Shown here piece after piece: positions 1 to 8,876 of a stretch of DNA of 22,874 nt. The stretch comes from a virus (Duplodnaviria > Heunggongvirae > Uroviricota > Caudoviricetes): IMG/VR virus record IMGVR_UViG_3300029305_007758. The stretch is one strand, 5' to 3'. Below the pieces are notes generated by a model, which did no database searches, was not told where the DNA came from, and saw only the letters and a list, made by a program, of their open reading frames with translations. How positions within the stretch are numbered: the stretch's first letter is position 1; every line of letters begins with the position of its first letter. The position numbers were made by a program, and so were the translations under genes.

Positions 1-1
1 G

Positions 2-2428
2 TTTTGTGATATCACGCATGAATTTGGTCATTACGTTTAAGTTTTTGAGTCCTAAAAAGTCGAACTTCAAAAATCCTAACTGACCTTCTGCCTGAATCAT
101 ATCTGCCTGAATTGCAAGTTTTTCCTCTTCATTGGTGCAAATCAGCGGAATATAATCTTCCACACGACCATTTTGAATGGCGATAATGCCTGCTGCATGC
201 TGTCCATATGAAGTAATGTATCCTTCAATCATCTTTGCGTATTCAAAAATACTCATTGCAACTTTATCTTTACTGAATTTTTCAACAATAATGTCTTCAA
301 TTTCAATAAGATGTGAACATTCACGCGCATAACCACGTAAGGATGCACCTGTTGATGCATATGTTCTCGTATCTTCTCCTCTCTCCATCGCATAAAGCTT
401 TGGCGCATATGTTAATGCATTAAGAGGGCCCATGATAGACTTTGTCATGATACCGGCAATTGCCTGTTCACCATATGTTTCTGTGACGTAGTTAATGGCA
501 AACTCACGAGCGAAGCCACTAAAATCAGAATCCACATCAGGCATGGATACTCTTTCTGGGTTTAAGAAACGTTCAAATAATAGATCCAAGTCAATCGGAT
601 CAAGTTCTGTAATACCTGCAAGATAGCAAACTAATGAACCTGCTGCCGATCCACGACCCGGACCAATGTCCATTGCGTTTTCTCTTGCAGCTTTACATTT
701 ACCAAGTACGTCAGCAATGAATAAATGGTACGAAGCAAATCCCATGTTACGAATTGTTTCTAATTCATAATCAAGACGCTTCTGTAACTTATTGTTCCAT
801 TTACTACCGTATCGCATTTCGATACCTGCTTCCGGACATGCAATTTCAATTACTTTGCCATCCATTGTTTCAACAGTTACAAAACCATTAATTGTAAGTT
901 CTCTTAACTTTGCATCAGCATCCTTAAATTCTGGATAATGCTGATTCGGCTTTACCATTTCTTCAGTGATACCTTTTTTCGGATTAGCCTTTGTTTCAGG
1001 CAATCTTGCGTTACATTTCGCAACTATTTCAGCAATGTTTGAAATTGCTTCAACAACCATGTCATCTGGTAGAATCTGAGACAACATTTCTGCTTTCTCA
1101 ATATTTGTTTTGAAATATAACTCGGAATCACTATCAATTGGTCCAGACCACTGTCCTGTTTTGATTCTGGTACAGTTTTTAAGAAGCATTCTTTTCTTTA
1201 AGTCTTCCGGACGTGCCATGTGGTTATCATTTGTTGCAACAAGTTTGATACCATTTGCACGTGCAAGTTTCGCAATCACCGGATAAAGTTCTGCTTCTAA
1301 CGCATCACCATGATACTGAACCTCTGCATAAAAATTACCTGTTCCAAAAATACTTTCATACAACTTAATTGTTTCAGTTGTTTCCATAAGTATTCTTGCT
1401 TCAGATTTTTTCGCTGCATTTAAAGCAGTAATCTTATCAAGATTTGATTCGATTGTCTGTGCTTTTGGTTTGTGTTTTGTTAAAAGCTTTTTATCTTCAG
1501 AAATTGTTGCTTTAAACTCCTGAATCTGTTTCTTTAACTCTGCAACACGTTCTTTTGCATCTTTTGTTTCTGCCATTTCAAGTGCTAATTTTTCTTCCAG
1601 ATAGGTACGAATTGCTTCATCTGGTTCAGCTTTGATATTGGCTTTTGTTTCCTTAAATTTCTTGCCAGCCTTTTCTGCTAATGCTTCAATTTCGGCATTT
1701 AATTCATCGATGCGAGCGTTTACTTTTGCAACCTTTTCTCTTGCCGCAAAATATTCTGCTGGCAATAAACTTTTACTTTTTTCGATACGTTTCTCGATTT
1801 TTTCGATTTCGTGATCGATTTTGTTGTTAAAAGCAAGTGGTGTTGCAAGTACACCACCGATACAAGCACTCATTGCAACAACATTGCCCGAATCCACTGC
1901 ATCTGGTCCAAAACATTCGTATAACAATCGTTCTGTACCAATTGGTCTACCCTTATCGTCTATGTTTCTGTTTGTTGCAGATACATAGCGAGCAATCTGT
2001 TTCATACCTTTGTAATTTTTTGCAATAAGTACTAAATGCTGCGGAATCTCTTTACCCTTAAATACTTCTGCAACAAGTGCATCTGTTTCAGGGTTATCAG
2101 ATTCCATGTCATAGTAACCCATTGTTGTTACATAAGCTTCTACGCCAAGAATTGGTTTGATAGGTGCCTGTTCTTTTGGTAACTTCTTGTGGTCTGATGT
2201 TTCATCACCGTTACAATAGTTGTAAAAATCGAGCCAGTTTACACAGTTACCATGGTCTGTGACAGCACATGCTACTGCACCTTTCTCGATTGCTACATTA
2301 ACTAATTCTGTTACTGACTGTGCACCGTCACCGATACCTATATTTGCATATGCATCTGTGTGACAATGAAGTTCAGTATTCGTTTCGATTGGTAATGATT
2401 CAATCGTTTTTCTTAAGTCTTCTGTCAT
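2..2428 (-). CDS. dnaE: DNA polymerase III alpha subunit (DnaE-type), 3' end runs off the window (~809 aa visible); missing from the ORF track
   Basis: Hand translation from ATG 2428 (RBS AGGAGG at 2435-2440): PHP motifs LHCHT, TDHG, GVEAY, QHLVL, SAC, TNDNH; palm motifs GPGRGSAAGSLVCY, FERFLNPERVSMPDVDSDF, HAAG, KFDFLGL; frame open to the window edge. Confidence 0.97.
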   Translation of the reverse strand, partial: MTEDLRKTIESLPIETNTELHCHTDAYANIGIGDGAQSVTELVNVAIEKGAVACAVTDHGNCVNWLDFYNYCNGDETSDHKKLPKEQAPIKPILGVEAYVTTMGYYDMESDNPETDALVAEVFKGKEIPQHLVLIAKNYKGMKQIARYVSATNRNIDDKGRPIGTERLLYECFGPDAVDSGNVVAMSACIGGVLATPLAFNNKIDHEIEKIEKRIEKSKSLLPAEYFAAREKVAKVNARIDELNAEIEALAEKAGKKFKETKANIKAEPDEAIRTYLEEKLALEMAETKDAKERVAELKKQIQEFKATISEDKKLLTKHKPKAQTIESNLDKITALNAAKKSEARILMETTETIKLYESIFGTGNFYAEVQYHGDALEAELYPVIAKLARANGIKLVATNDNHMARPEDLKKRMLLKNCTRIKTGQWSGPIDSDSELYFKTNIEKAEMLSQILPDDMVVEAISNIAEIVAKCNARLPETKANPKKGITEEMVKPNQHYPEFKDADAKLRELTINGFVTVETMDGKVIEIACPEAGIEMRYGSKWNNKLQKRLDYELETIRNMGFASYHLFIADVLGKCKAARENAMDIGPGRGSAAGSLVCYLAGITELDPIDLDLLFERFLNPERVSMPDVDSDFSGFAREFAINYVTETYGEQAIAGIMTKSIMGPLNALTYAPKLYAMERGEDTRTYASTGASLRGYARECSHLIEIEDIIVEKFSKDKVAMSIFEYAKMIEGYITSYGQHAAGIIAIQNGRVEDYIPLICTNEEEKLAIQADMIQAEGQLGFLKFDFLGLKNLNVMTKFMRDITK

Positions 2429-2467
2429 TGTTTACCTCCTTGAATTATTTGACATATATTTACGAAT

Positions 2468-2477
2468 TAAATATGGT
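2468..2477 (-). promoter_or_regulatory. Class I motif ACCATATTTA upstream of dnaE
   Basis: Exact 10-mer 40 nt before the ATG; one of five exact intergenic copies. Confidence 0.6.
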
Positions 2478-2493
2478 ATGGGACCTTTTGAAA

Positions 2494-2531
2494 CAAAAAA
2501 GCTTGTTTCAATTTTTAACTGAAACAAGCTC
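2494..2531 (-). terminator. Intrinsic terminator after the primase
   Basis: 11-bp stem AGCTTGTTTCA/TGAAACAAGCT followed by a U-tract on the minus strand. Confidence 0.8.
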
Positions 2532-2537
2532 TTTCTT

Positions 2538-3959
2538 TTACAATAATTCTTTTGCTGCAATTTTCGCAAATGCCTCAATATATACGGTACGTTCTTCTTT
2601 TGAAAGTTTTGACACTTTTGAAGCATCAATGCCGGTTTCTTCTTCTGCACCGGAATATGCCATATCAAATACTTCCAAAAAACGTTCAAATGATACAGAT
2701 TTTGTCTCATTTCTGTATCCGGCAAAAATCATATCATCAATCCCTTTTCCATAAATTTCTGGCCAAATAGCAAATGCCACAGTAATATCCGGTCGAAACT
2801 CTGTCACATAAGATGCTAATGCAATTCCTGCTTTGTATACCTGAATATTGTGAATTAAATCTGCGTCATAAAAAACATGTAATGTTTTCAATTTACGACC
2901 AATTTTACGTTCTACATCCATCAGCATTTCAATAATTCCTGCATAGTTATTCACACCTTGTACAGAAAGTGCAATTAACCCTTGTTTTGCAAGAATTTCA
3001 GCTTTAAAACGGCCTTCTGTAATACATATATTGGTACGTTCTGTAATTTTATCAGGAAACACTACATCAATCGGTGTACCACAAGAACCACCACCACGGA
3101 CATATTTTGTAGGAATAAACTCTTTTGAAAAGTACTTGTAACGAAGACCATTTTCATCCTTTTTATCCATACGTACTTGAACTGCAACAATATTGTCATC
3201 CACATCACGAAGTAACATGCCAATTCCGGAATACTGTAATGCAGAATCATCCCAGAATCCATTACTCATAAGCATTTCAAAGAATCCTGGAACGGTATGT
3301 AATTTATCCGCATATTCCGGAAACTGTTTTTTGATTTTAAGAATCAGTGCAACAGTAGCTTTTGGATCAGAAGTTCGCATGGTAAAATAATCTTTTTTAA
3401 TCCGATTATCTGCTAACTGACGTTCGTCTCGTAACTGTCTTTCATGTTCCGGAATTAATTTCCATTCTTTAGCCATGTAAGAATAAATATCTGTCCACAT
3501 TTTAAGTGTTTCCGGCGTTTGTTTTGTTACAGGTAATAACATGGTACGAACATTTGAATTATTTGTTTTTTTGCAAACATATTCAATTTCAGACAGCTCA
3601 TTATATGTATCTTCGTCAATGAGTTCTTCATCCATTGCTACCTGTAATACTGCTTCCTGCCATTCCATATCAAATAAATGCATTGCAGAATTGATAATAT
3701 CGCCACCAGCATTGCAAGCGTAACACCAACAAGAATTCTTTTTTGCATCTACAGAAAAACTGCCAACGTGATTATCCATATGAAATGGACACAATGAGAC
3801 ATAACGACTTCCGCCGCTACGATGAAATCTTGTGCCATAATGTGACAATACATCTACAATGTTTAAATTTTTCACTGCTGCGATAATCATACTCATTTTG
3901 CGAATTGGATCCGTAATTTCTGATTCAAATCCACCAAATGACTCGATAAATGAAATCAT
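2538..3959 (-). CDS. DNA primase-like protein: CHC2 zinc finger plus TOPRIM domain (DUF3854-like); start moved from 4019 to 3959
   Basis: CPFH...SFSV...CYACNAGGD zinc finger; TEGRFKA and YDAD TOPRIM acidic motifs; AGGAGG RBS just upstream of ATG 3959. Confidence 0.88.
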   Translation of the reverse strand: MISFIESFGGFESEITDPIRKMSMIIAAVKNLNIVDVLSHYGTRFHRSGGSRYVSLCPFHMDNHVGSFSVDAKKNSCWCYACNAGGDIINSAMHLFDMEWQEAVLQVAMDEELIDEDTYNELSEIEYVCKKTNNSNVRTMLLPVTKQTPETLKMWTDIYSYMAKEWKLIPEHERQLRDERQLADNRIKKDYFTMRTSDPKATVALILKIKKQFPEYADKLHTVPGFFEMLMSNGFWDDSALQYSGIGMLLRDVDDNIVAVQVRMDKKDENGLRYKYFSKEFIPTKYVRGGGSCGTPIDVVFPDKITERTNICITEGRFKAEILAKQGLIALSVQGVNNYAGIIEMLMDVERKIGRKLKTLHVFYDADLIHNIQVYKAGIALASYVTEFRPDITVAFAIWPEIYGKGIDDMIFAGYRNETKSVSFERFLEVFDMAYSGAEEETGIDASKVSKLSKEERTVYIEAFAKIAAKELL

Positions 3960-3996
3960 ATTTAACCTCCTTGTTTCTTTTTTTTTGTTTACGTTA

Positions 3997-4006
3997 TAAA
4001 TATGGT
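3997..4006 (-). promoter_or_regulatory. Class I motif ACCATATTTA upstream of the primase
   Basis: Exact 10-mer 38 nt before ATG 3959. Confidence 0.6.
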
Positions 4007-4021
4007 TTCTGCTGTTCATAT

Positions 4022-4065
4022 AAAAAAAAACACCTGCTACAGAAAAATCTGTAACAAGTGTTTTT
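4022..4065 (-). terminator. Intrinsic terminator after the 1486-aa gene (possibly bidirectional)
   Basis: Minus-strand stem CACTTGTTACAG/CTGTAGCAGGTG followed by a long T run. Confidence 0.8.
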
Positions 4066-4072
4066 GTAATTA

Positions 4073-7000
4073 TTATTCACAATGACCATAAATCCATGTA
4101 TCAAGATTTACATTAGCATTATCACAAACTCTGCTCCAGTTAGTTGTTGAGCCGTTCCAACAATGTGTTGTGTATGGATGGCCATTACATGAAACTCCAA
4201 TAACAAGCGTTCCTGTAGAATCCATTAATGTTTGATAATTATTACATGAACCTGTTGCGGCTGGTGTAATGTCATAGTGCCAATCCCAATGAGTATGCCC
4301 ATTACATGTTGCTGAAATAAATATACCAGATCGACCATTGTATGTTACTTTATTAGTATTATACCAATTCCATTTACTTGCTGATAATGCATCACCATTT
4401 GCAATAGAAATATTGGCATTTTCTAACAATGTTGTAACTCTATCTGTTGTTGTGTCAAATCCATTTGCTGCTAATAATTCAAGAATTTCATTCAGTTCAT
4501 CTTTTGCGTCATTCACATTTTTAATCTTTTGATTTAATGAATAATATTCACTCTTTGATGAAACGTTTGTATATGTACTAACAGCGTAATCAAGTACATT
4601 TATTTTTGATTCAAGGTTATCAATAGCTTTCTTTCTTTTAACAGCCCATTCATCCCAAGTTGATAAATCACTATTTGCACTATAAACCTCACTCATTTTT
4701 GAGCGTGTGTTATTGTTTAAATAATCATAAGCTGCATATTGAGATACTTGACTGCTAAATGTTTTTTGGAACAATACACTTGGCCAACGACCAACGAATG
4801 TATAATACAAATCTTTGTAAGCATCTAAATATGAATCATATTTTTCGTATACATAATCTTTTGCAACAACATCACCGGTTACACTATCATATGTATATTT
4901 TGTTTCTACGGCTCCATTTTCATTTGTTGTGTATTTTTCAAAAACATTATAATATAACAATGATTCTTCTGTGCCGCGATTCTTACTTACTACATAAGCA
5001 TGTGTATAAGCAGTTGATGGTAAAATACCATACTGATCATAGTAACTTAATGTTACATCTAACATTTCTTTCTTAAATGTTTTGCTATGAGCGTCTGTTG
5101 CAATATAAACATTACCATCAAATAACTCTTCTTCATAAAAACCAGAATAGTCAACAGTAATTGTGTTTCCAAAGATATCTTCGTATTCAGTGTATCCTGT
5201 TTCCCATTGTGTACCACGTAGCAAATAAATAAATGCTTTAATATTTGTATCGGTCCACCCACTGAATACACCAGATTGTCCATAAACAGAGTCAATCACA
5301 TATCCGTTTGGACGAACTGTGCCAACAATGTTGTTTGCATCTAAGTTGTCTAAATCATATTTACGAATAGAACCTGTTGAATTATCATAATCTGAACCAG
5401 ACAGGTTCAAATTTCTTGAATAAGCAACAAACTTATTATCACCAATACAAAGCATAGGCACTAATTCTGTTTCAATTATTTTATATCCCACACTACCCAC
5501 TTCATAATCTTTTGGTTCAAAATCTGGTACAACTAAATTACTTTGAACATTTGTTGAATCCGGAACATAAAATGCAATATCTCCCACTTTAAAAGTAAAT
5601 ATAGATGGGGCTTCTTCGTTATACATATGTGCAAGTTCTGAATATACACTTGGTGTTTTTACCCCATGTTTTGCTAATACATAACGGATAAAATCATAAG
5701 ATGAAATCTTATCATAAGACGAAATTTCATTTTCATCCAAAGTATGATTTTTTACATTTGATGTTGTGTCAAAATGTCCTGTTGTAAAGAATGATGTTTC
5801 TGCCATTTCAGCATTAACTGTGACATTAATTGCTGTTTCAAAACCATCTTCGTTCTTTGTTTCTTCATTGAAAATGACATCCGCTGTGTTTGAAAACAGT
5901 AAAATGATATTATTACTATCATAAAATGGTTTGAATGGATCAAACTCATCTACAATTGCATCAATTTCTACAGCACCTTCTACATCAAGATTTGTAGATG
6001 TTGAGCCAGGAATATTTGGTCGCCACACTACTGTATTTAAAGCATTGTAACTATGATTACCTGCTACGGTTGGTACAGCACTACGTAAACTATTTGTTGA
6101 ACCATTTGAATAAACATAATGTTTTCCATTTGCATTGTAAGCAAAAATTTCTGTATGTCCGGACCAACCATAATTTCCTTCGTCATCATATTTATAAGAA
6201 CCATACGTAATGATATCGCCTTCTTGCAACACATTCCATCCGTTCCAACTATATTTTGTAAAACCGGATATACTTGGCGCATTTAATAAGCTTTGTGAAT
6301 TAAAGTTTGTACCAGACGCTGCTGCACCATTTAACCATAGACAAGCAGATACAAATCCGGAACAATCTGTTCTTACCTGATAAACGGTACCATTTACATT
6401 AATTGGAAGATATGTTGTTTGATTATATGTTGCCTGTGTTTGCGCAATAAGTGTTTTAATAGTTCTTACAACATTCATCCAGTCACTATTTACAACTGTA
6501 CCTTTTGGGCAATTTGTTGCATCAATATTTACTTGCCCACCAGAACTACCTGTTGTAACTCCTGCCATTGCTTCATATGCTAACATCTCATCATACTGAA
6601 TATCTACATAAATGTGACATGCATGGCCAACTGATCCGTCCGCATAATAAAAATCATACGGCTCTGTTGTTACAATATGTGTTTGGTCATATAGTTTATC
6701 AACCCAACTTTGTAATTCTGCGTCTGTTACAGTATCAAAGTCAAAATCGCACATAACTTCCACTGCACAAAAGATTTCTTTGTAATTTTCTAACGAACCG
6801 CTCGGATATTGTGTGTCAGTTGTATCATATTGTTTACGAATCTCTGCAATTTCATCCAACATATCATTGTGACTCGTATTTAGTGTTACCATAATTTTCT
6901 CGCCACGATCTTGCAGTTGCGATGACCATTCAGATTCGATGTCCTCACTTATAAATGATTGATTAGCTTGATTTTCATTGATAACATTTCCTAAGAAAAA

Positions 7001-8533
7001 GTTACTTGCTTTATAATTATAATTATACAATGTTTGAATGAAAAGGTCTAAAACTGTAATTATAAGACTTGCTAGTAAAAGAAATACAACCGCAAACATA
7101 AGAATTTTTGCTACTGTTGCGAAAATTTTTGCAACACCTTCTGCAAATTTTTGAAATACCGTTTGCATAGTTTTAATTGCTGTTTTTTCTGCAAATTTTC
7201 CCGTAACTTTTTTTACAGAAGATCCCAATTTTGTTCCAATAAGTTTGTTTTTCAGTTTACCTGTAACCTTTTTTCGTAGCACAGTGTTAATTTCATTTTT
7301 TGTCAACACATGGTCTTTGAGCAATTGACCCCGAAGTTCTAAAATGTCTAATGCGCCTTTTGCAATAGAACTGTTTTTATGAGAATCTATAAATTTCGTC
7401 AAACTTTTAATTGCAAATTTATTTGTATCTTCCGATAATTTTCGTCGCAACAATCTTGATGCAGAATCTTTTCCCCATGGACGAACTTTTGTAGTTCCCC
7501 ATGTCTTTGAAAATGCTTCTGTAGCTTGGTTAAACGCTAAATCCGTTTTTACTCCAGATTTTATAAGTACAGTTGCTTCTTTTTGGATTTTAAAAGTTTT
7601 ATACATTTTAAATCCTGCGGCACTTGAGATATTTCCAGTAAATCGACCGATTGCCATGGCACCGCCCATACCAGCTTCAAGAATGTTCATACCTTGCATA
7701 ACATCAGCACCTTGAAGTGGTGAAGATGCAAGACGAAACATTTGGCGACCCCAAGTTTTTGGATTTGAAAACTTTGCTGATTTGCCTGCTGTGTTTTTAA
7801 GGCGTTCTGTAATCTCTGTACCCTTTTGAAGAAGTGGCAATTCTTTTTTCGCATCAGAAAGCGCTTGTAATTTCAAATCATATATATCTTTTGTTATAAT
7901 GCCATTTTCAAAAGCAACACGAGCTTGATCAAATTCTACTGTTAATAATTCGACTTGCTTTTGTTGCTCTTTTAAACAAGTTGCATAAATTCGATTTAAT
8001 TCGCCAGCATCAACTTTTAAATCAATAAACGAAAATGAATCATTCGCATTTTTTGTAATTATAACACCCTTTTTTTGAAAACTTTCCGGAAGATTTTCAC
8101 AATTCGTTATTTTTACCGTCGTAGACAGACCACCATCTGTATTAAATGTTATATTTGGATTTTTACTTTCTTCTAAAATAACATTTTGCTTATTAAAATA
8201 TTCCTGTAACGCTCTTGGTGTTTGAAGGTGTTCTGTATTTTTAACTAATTCTTTGTATTGTTGTAAATTATAAGCACTTGCACCAGAGTAAATTGCAGAT
8301 CCTACTCCTGTTCCAACTGGTGTCGCAACCCTTGTGGTAGTGCTAATAACTTTCCCAGTTTCTCTATCAGTTGTTTCATTTACACTCTGACGTTCTGCTT
8401 GACGGCTAATTGATGATGATGTTTGTTCTACCATACCTTTTGCAGTAGATACTGTATCAAAACGTTTAAAGTTTCGAAGCATATCCATTCCACAACCCGA
8501 CACACTCATCATTGATTGATTTATTTTTGCCAT
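4073..8533 (-). CDS. Large membrane-anchored cell-wall hydrolase (1486 aa): NlpC/P60-like domain plus degenerate lytic domains; VirB1-like conjugative hydrolase or phage tail lysin
   Basis: Basic N-terminal region; hydrophobic helix ILMFAVVFLLLASLIITVLDLFI; RTDCSGFVSACL...LQEGDII...GHTEIF Cys/His motifs; RBS GAAAGGAG. Confidence 0.72.
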   Translation of the reverse strand: MAKINQSMMSVSGCGMDMLRNFKRFDTVSTAKGMVEQTSSSISRQAERQSVNETTDRETGKVISTTTRVATPVGTGVGSAIYSGASAYNLQQYKELVKNTEHLQTPRALQEYFNKQNVILEESKNPNITFNTDGGLSTTVKITNCENLPESFQKKGVIITKNANDSFSFIDLKVDAGELNRIYATCLKEQQKQVELLTVEFDQARVAFENGIITKDIYDLKLQALSDAKKELPLLQKGTEITERLKNTAGKSAKFSNPKTWGRQMFRLASSPLQGADVMQGMNILEAGMGGAMAIGRFTGNISSAAGFKMYKTFKIQKEATVLIKSGVKTDLAFNQATEAFSKTWGTTKVRPWGKDSASRLLRRKLSEDTNKFAIKSLTKFIDSHKNSSIAKGALDILELRGQLLKDHVLTKNEINTVLRKKVTGKLKNKLIGTKLGSSVKKVTGKFAEKTAIKTMQTVFQKFAEGVAKIFATVAKILMFAVVFLLLASLIITVLDLFIQTLYNYNYKASNFFLGNVINENQANQSFISEDIESEWSSQLQDRGEKIMVTLNTSHNDMLDEIAEIRKQYDTTDTQYPSGSLENYKEIFCAVEVMCDFDFDTVTDAELQSWVDKLYDQTHIVTTEPYDFYYADGSVGHACHIYVDIQYDEMLAYEAMAGVTTGSSGGQVNIDATNCPKGTVVNSDWMNVVRTIKTLIAQTQATYNQTTYLPINVNGTVYQVRTDCSGFVSACLWLNGAAASGTNFNSQSLLNAPSISGFTKYSWNGWNVLQEGDIITYGSYKYDDEGNYGWSGHTEIFAYNANGKHYVYSNGSTNSLRSAVPTVAGNHSYNALNTVVWRPNIPGSTSTNLDVEGAVEIDAIVDEFDPFKPFYDSNNIILLFSNTADVIFNEETKNEDGFETAINVTVNAEMAETSFFTTGHFDTTSNVKNHTLDENEISSYDKISSYDFIRYVLAKHGVKTPSVYSELAHMYNEEAPSIFTFKVGDIAFYVPDSTNVQSNLVVPDFEPKDYEVGSVGYKIIETELVPMLCIGDNKFVAYSRNLNLSGSDYDNSTGSIRKYDLDNLDANNIVGTVRPNGYVIDSVYGQSGVFSGWTDTNIKAFIYLLRGTQWETGYTEYEDIFGNTITVDYSGFYEEELFDGNVYIATDAHSKTFKKEMLDVTLSYYDQYGILPSTAYTHAYVVSKNRGTEESLLYYNVFEKYTTNENGAVETKYTYDSVTGDVVAKDYVYEKYDSYLDAYKDLYYTFVGRWPSVLFQKTFSSQVSQYAAYDYLNNNTRSKMSEVYSANSDLSTWDEWAVKRKKAIDNLESKINVLDYAVSTYTNVSSKSEYYSLNQKIKNVNDAKDELNEILELLAANGFDTTTDRVTTLLENANISIANGDALSASKWNWYNTNKVTYNGRSGIFISATCNGHTHWDWHYDITPAATGSCNNYQTLMDSTGTLVIGVSCNGHPYTTHCWNGSTTNWSRVCDNANVNLDTWIYGHCE

Positions 8534-8556
8534 GTTTTACTCCTTTCTAACTGAAT

Positions 8557-8805
8557 TTACTCAGTTTTATCTGTATCATCTGCTAAGTGATACGCCATAT
8601 CTTCGTCTACAATTAATACTTTATCGGATGTTTTGTATTCATCAGTTTGTATCAACTGTCTTAATTCGTCAAAACTAATTCTTGATTCATTGTAAAGTAC
8701 GGTAAAACTCTGCTCTGATGTTGGAATCAATTTACCTTCACTATCTTTTAACAGTCGTTTGCATTGTAAACTTTTCAATTGGTGAAATGTTTTCTGCATA
8801 AACAC
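8557..8805 (-). CDS. Hypothetical protein (82 aa)
   Basis: Fills the gap between two large same-strand genes; purine-rich RBS-like sequence upstream; no recognisable motif. Confidence 0.6.
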   Translation of the reverse strand: MFMQKTFHQLKSLQCKRLLKDSEGKLIPTSEQSFTVLYNESRISFDELRQLIQTDEYKTSDKVLIVDEDMAYHLADDTDKTE

Positions 8806-8836
8806 TTCCTGCCTTTCGTAATATTTGCTACAAATA

Positions 8837-8863
8837 AGGCTTGAGACAAATATCCCAAGCCCT
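8837..8863 (-). terminator. Hairpin after the lipoprotein gene (weak U-tract)
   Basis: Minus-strand stem AGGGCTTGGGA/TCTCAAGCCT followed by TATTTGT. Confidence 0.5.
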
Positions 8864-8876
8864 ATGTTTCGTTGTC

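Noticed and set aside
1390-1820. Intein or group I intron as the explanation for the DnaE insertion
   Set aside because: No splice-junction residues, no homing-endonuclease motifs and no frame break; composition is coiled-coil-like.
2432-2725. 97-aa minus-strand ORF between the primase and dnaE
   Set aside because: It overlaps the primase 3' end out of frame, runs through its terminator and the class I motif, and ends inside the dnaE RBS; shadow ORF.
3972-4030. Poly-A/T tracts (also 12767-12775 and 13172-13179) as phase-variation switches
   Set aside because: Most are terminator U-tracts or AT-rich leader sequence; the A8 inside the epsilon-like gene keeps the frame, and a single sequence gives no evidence of length variation.
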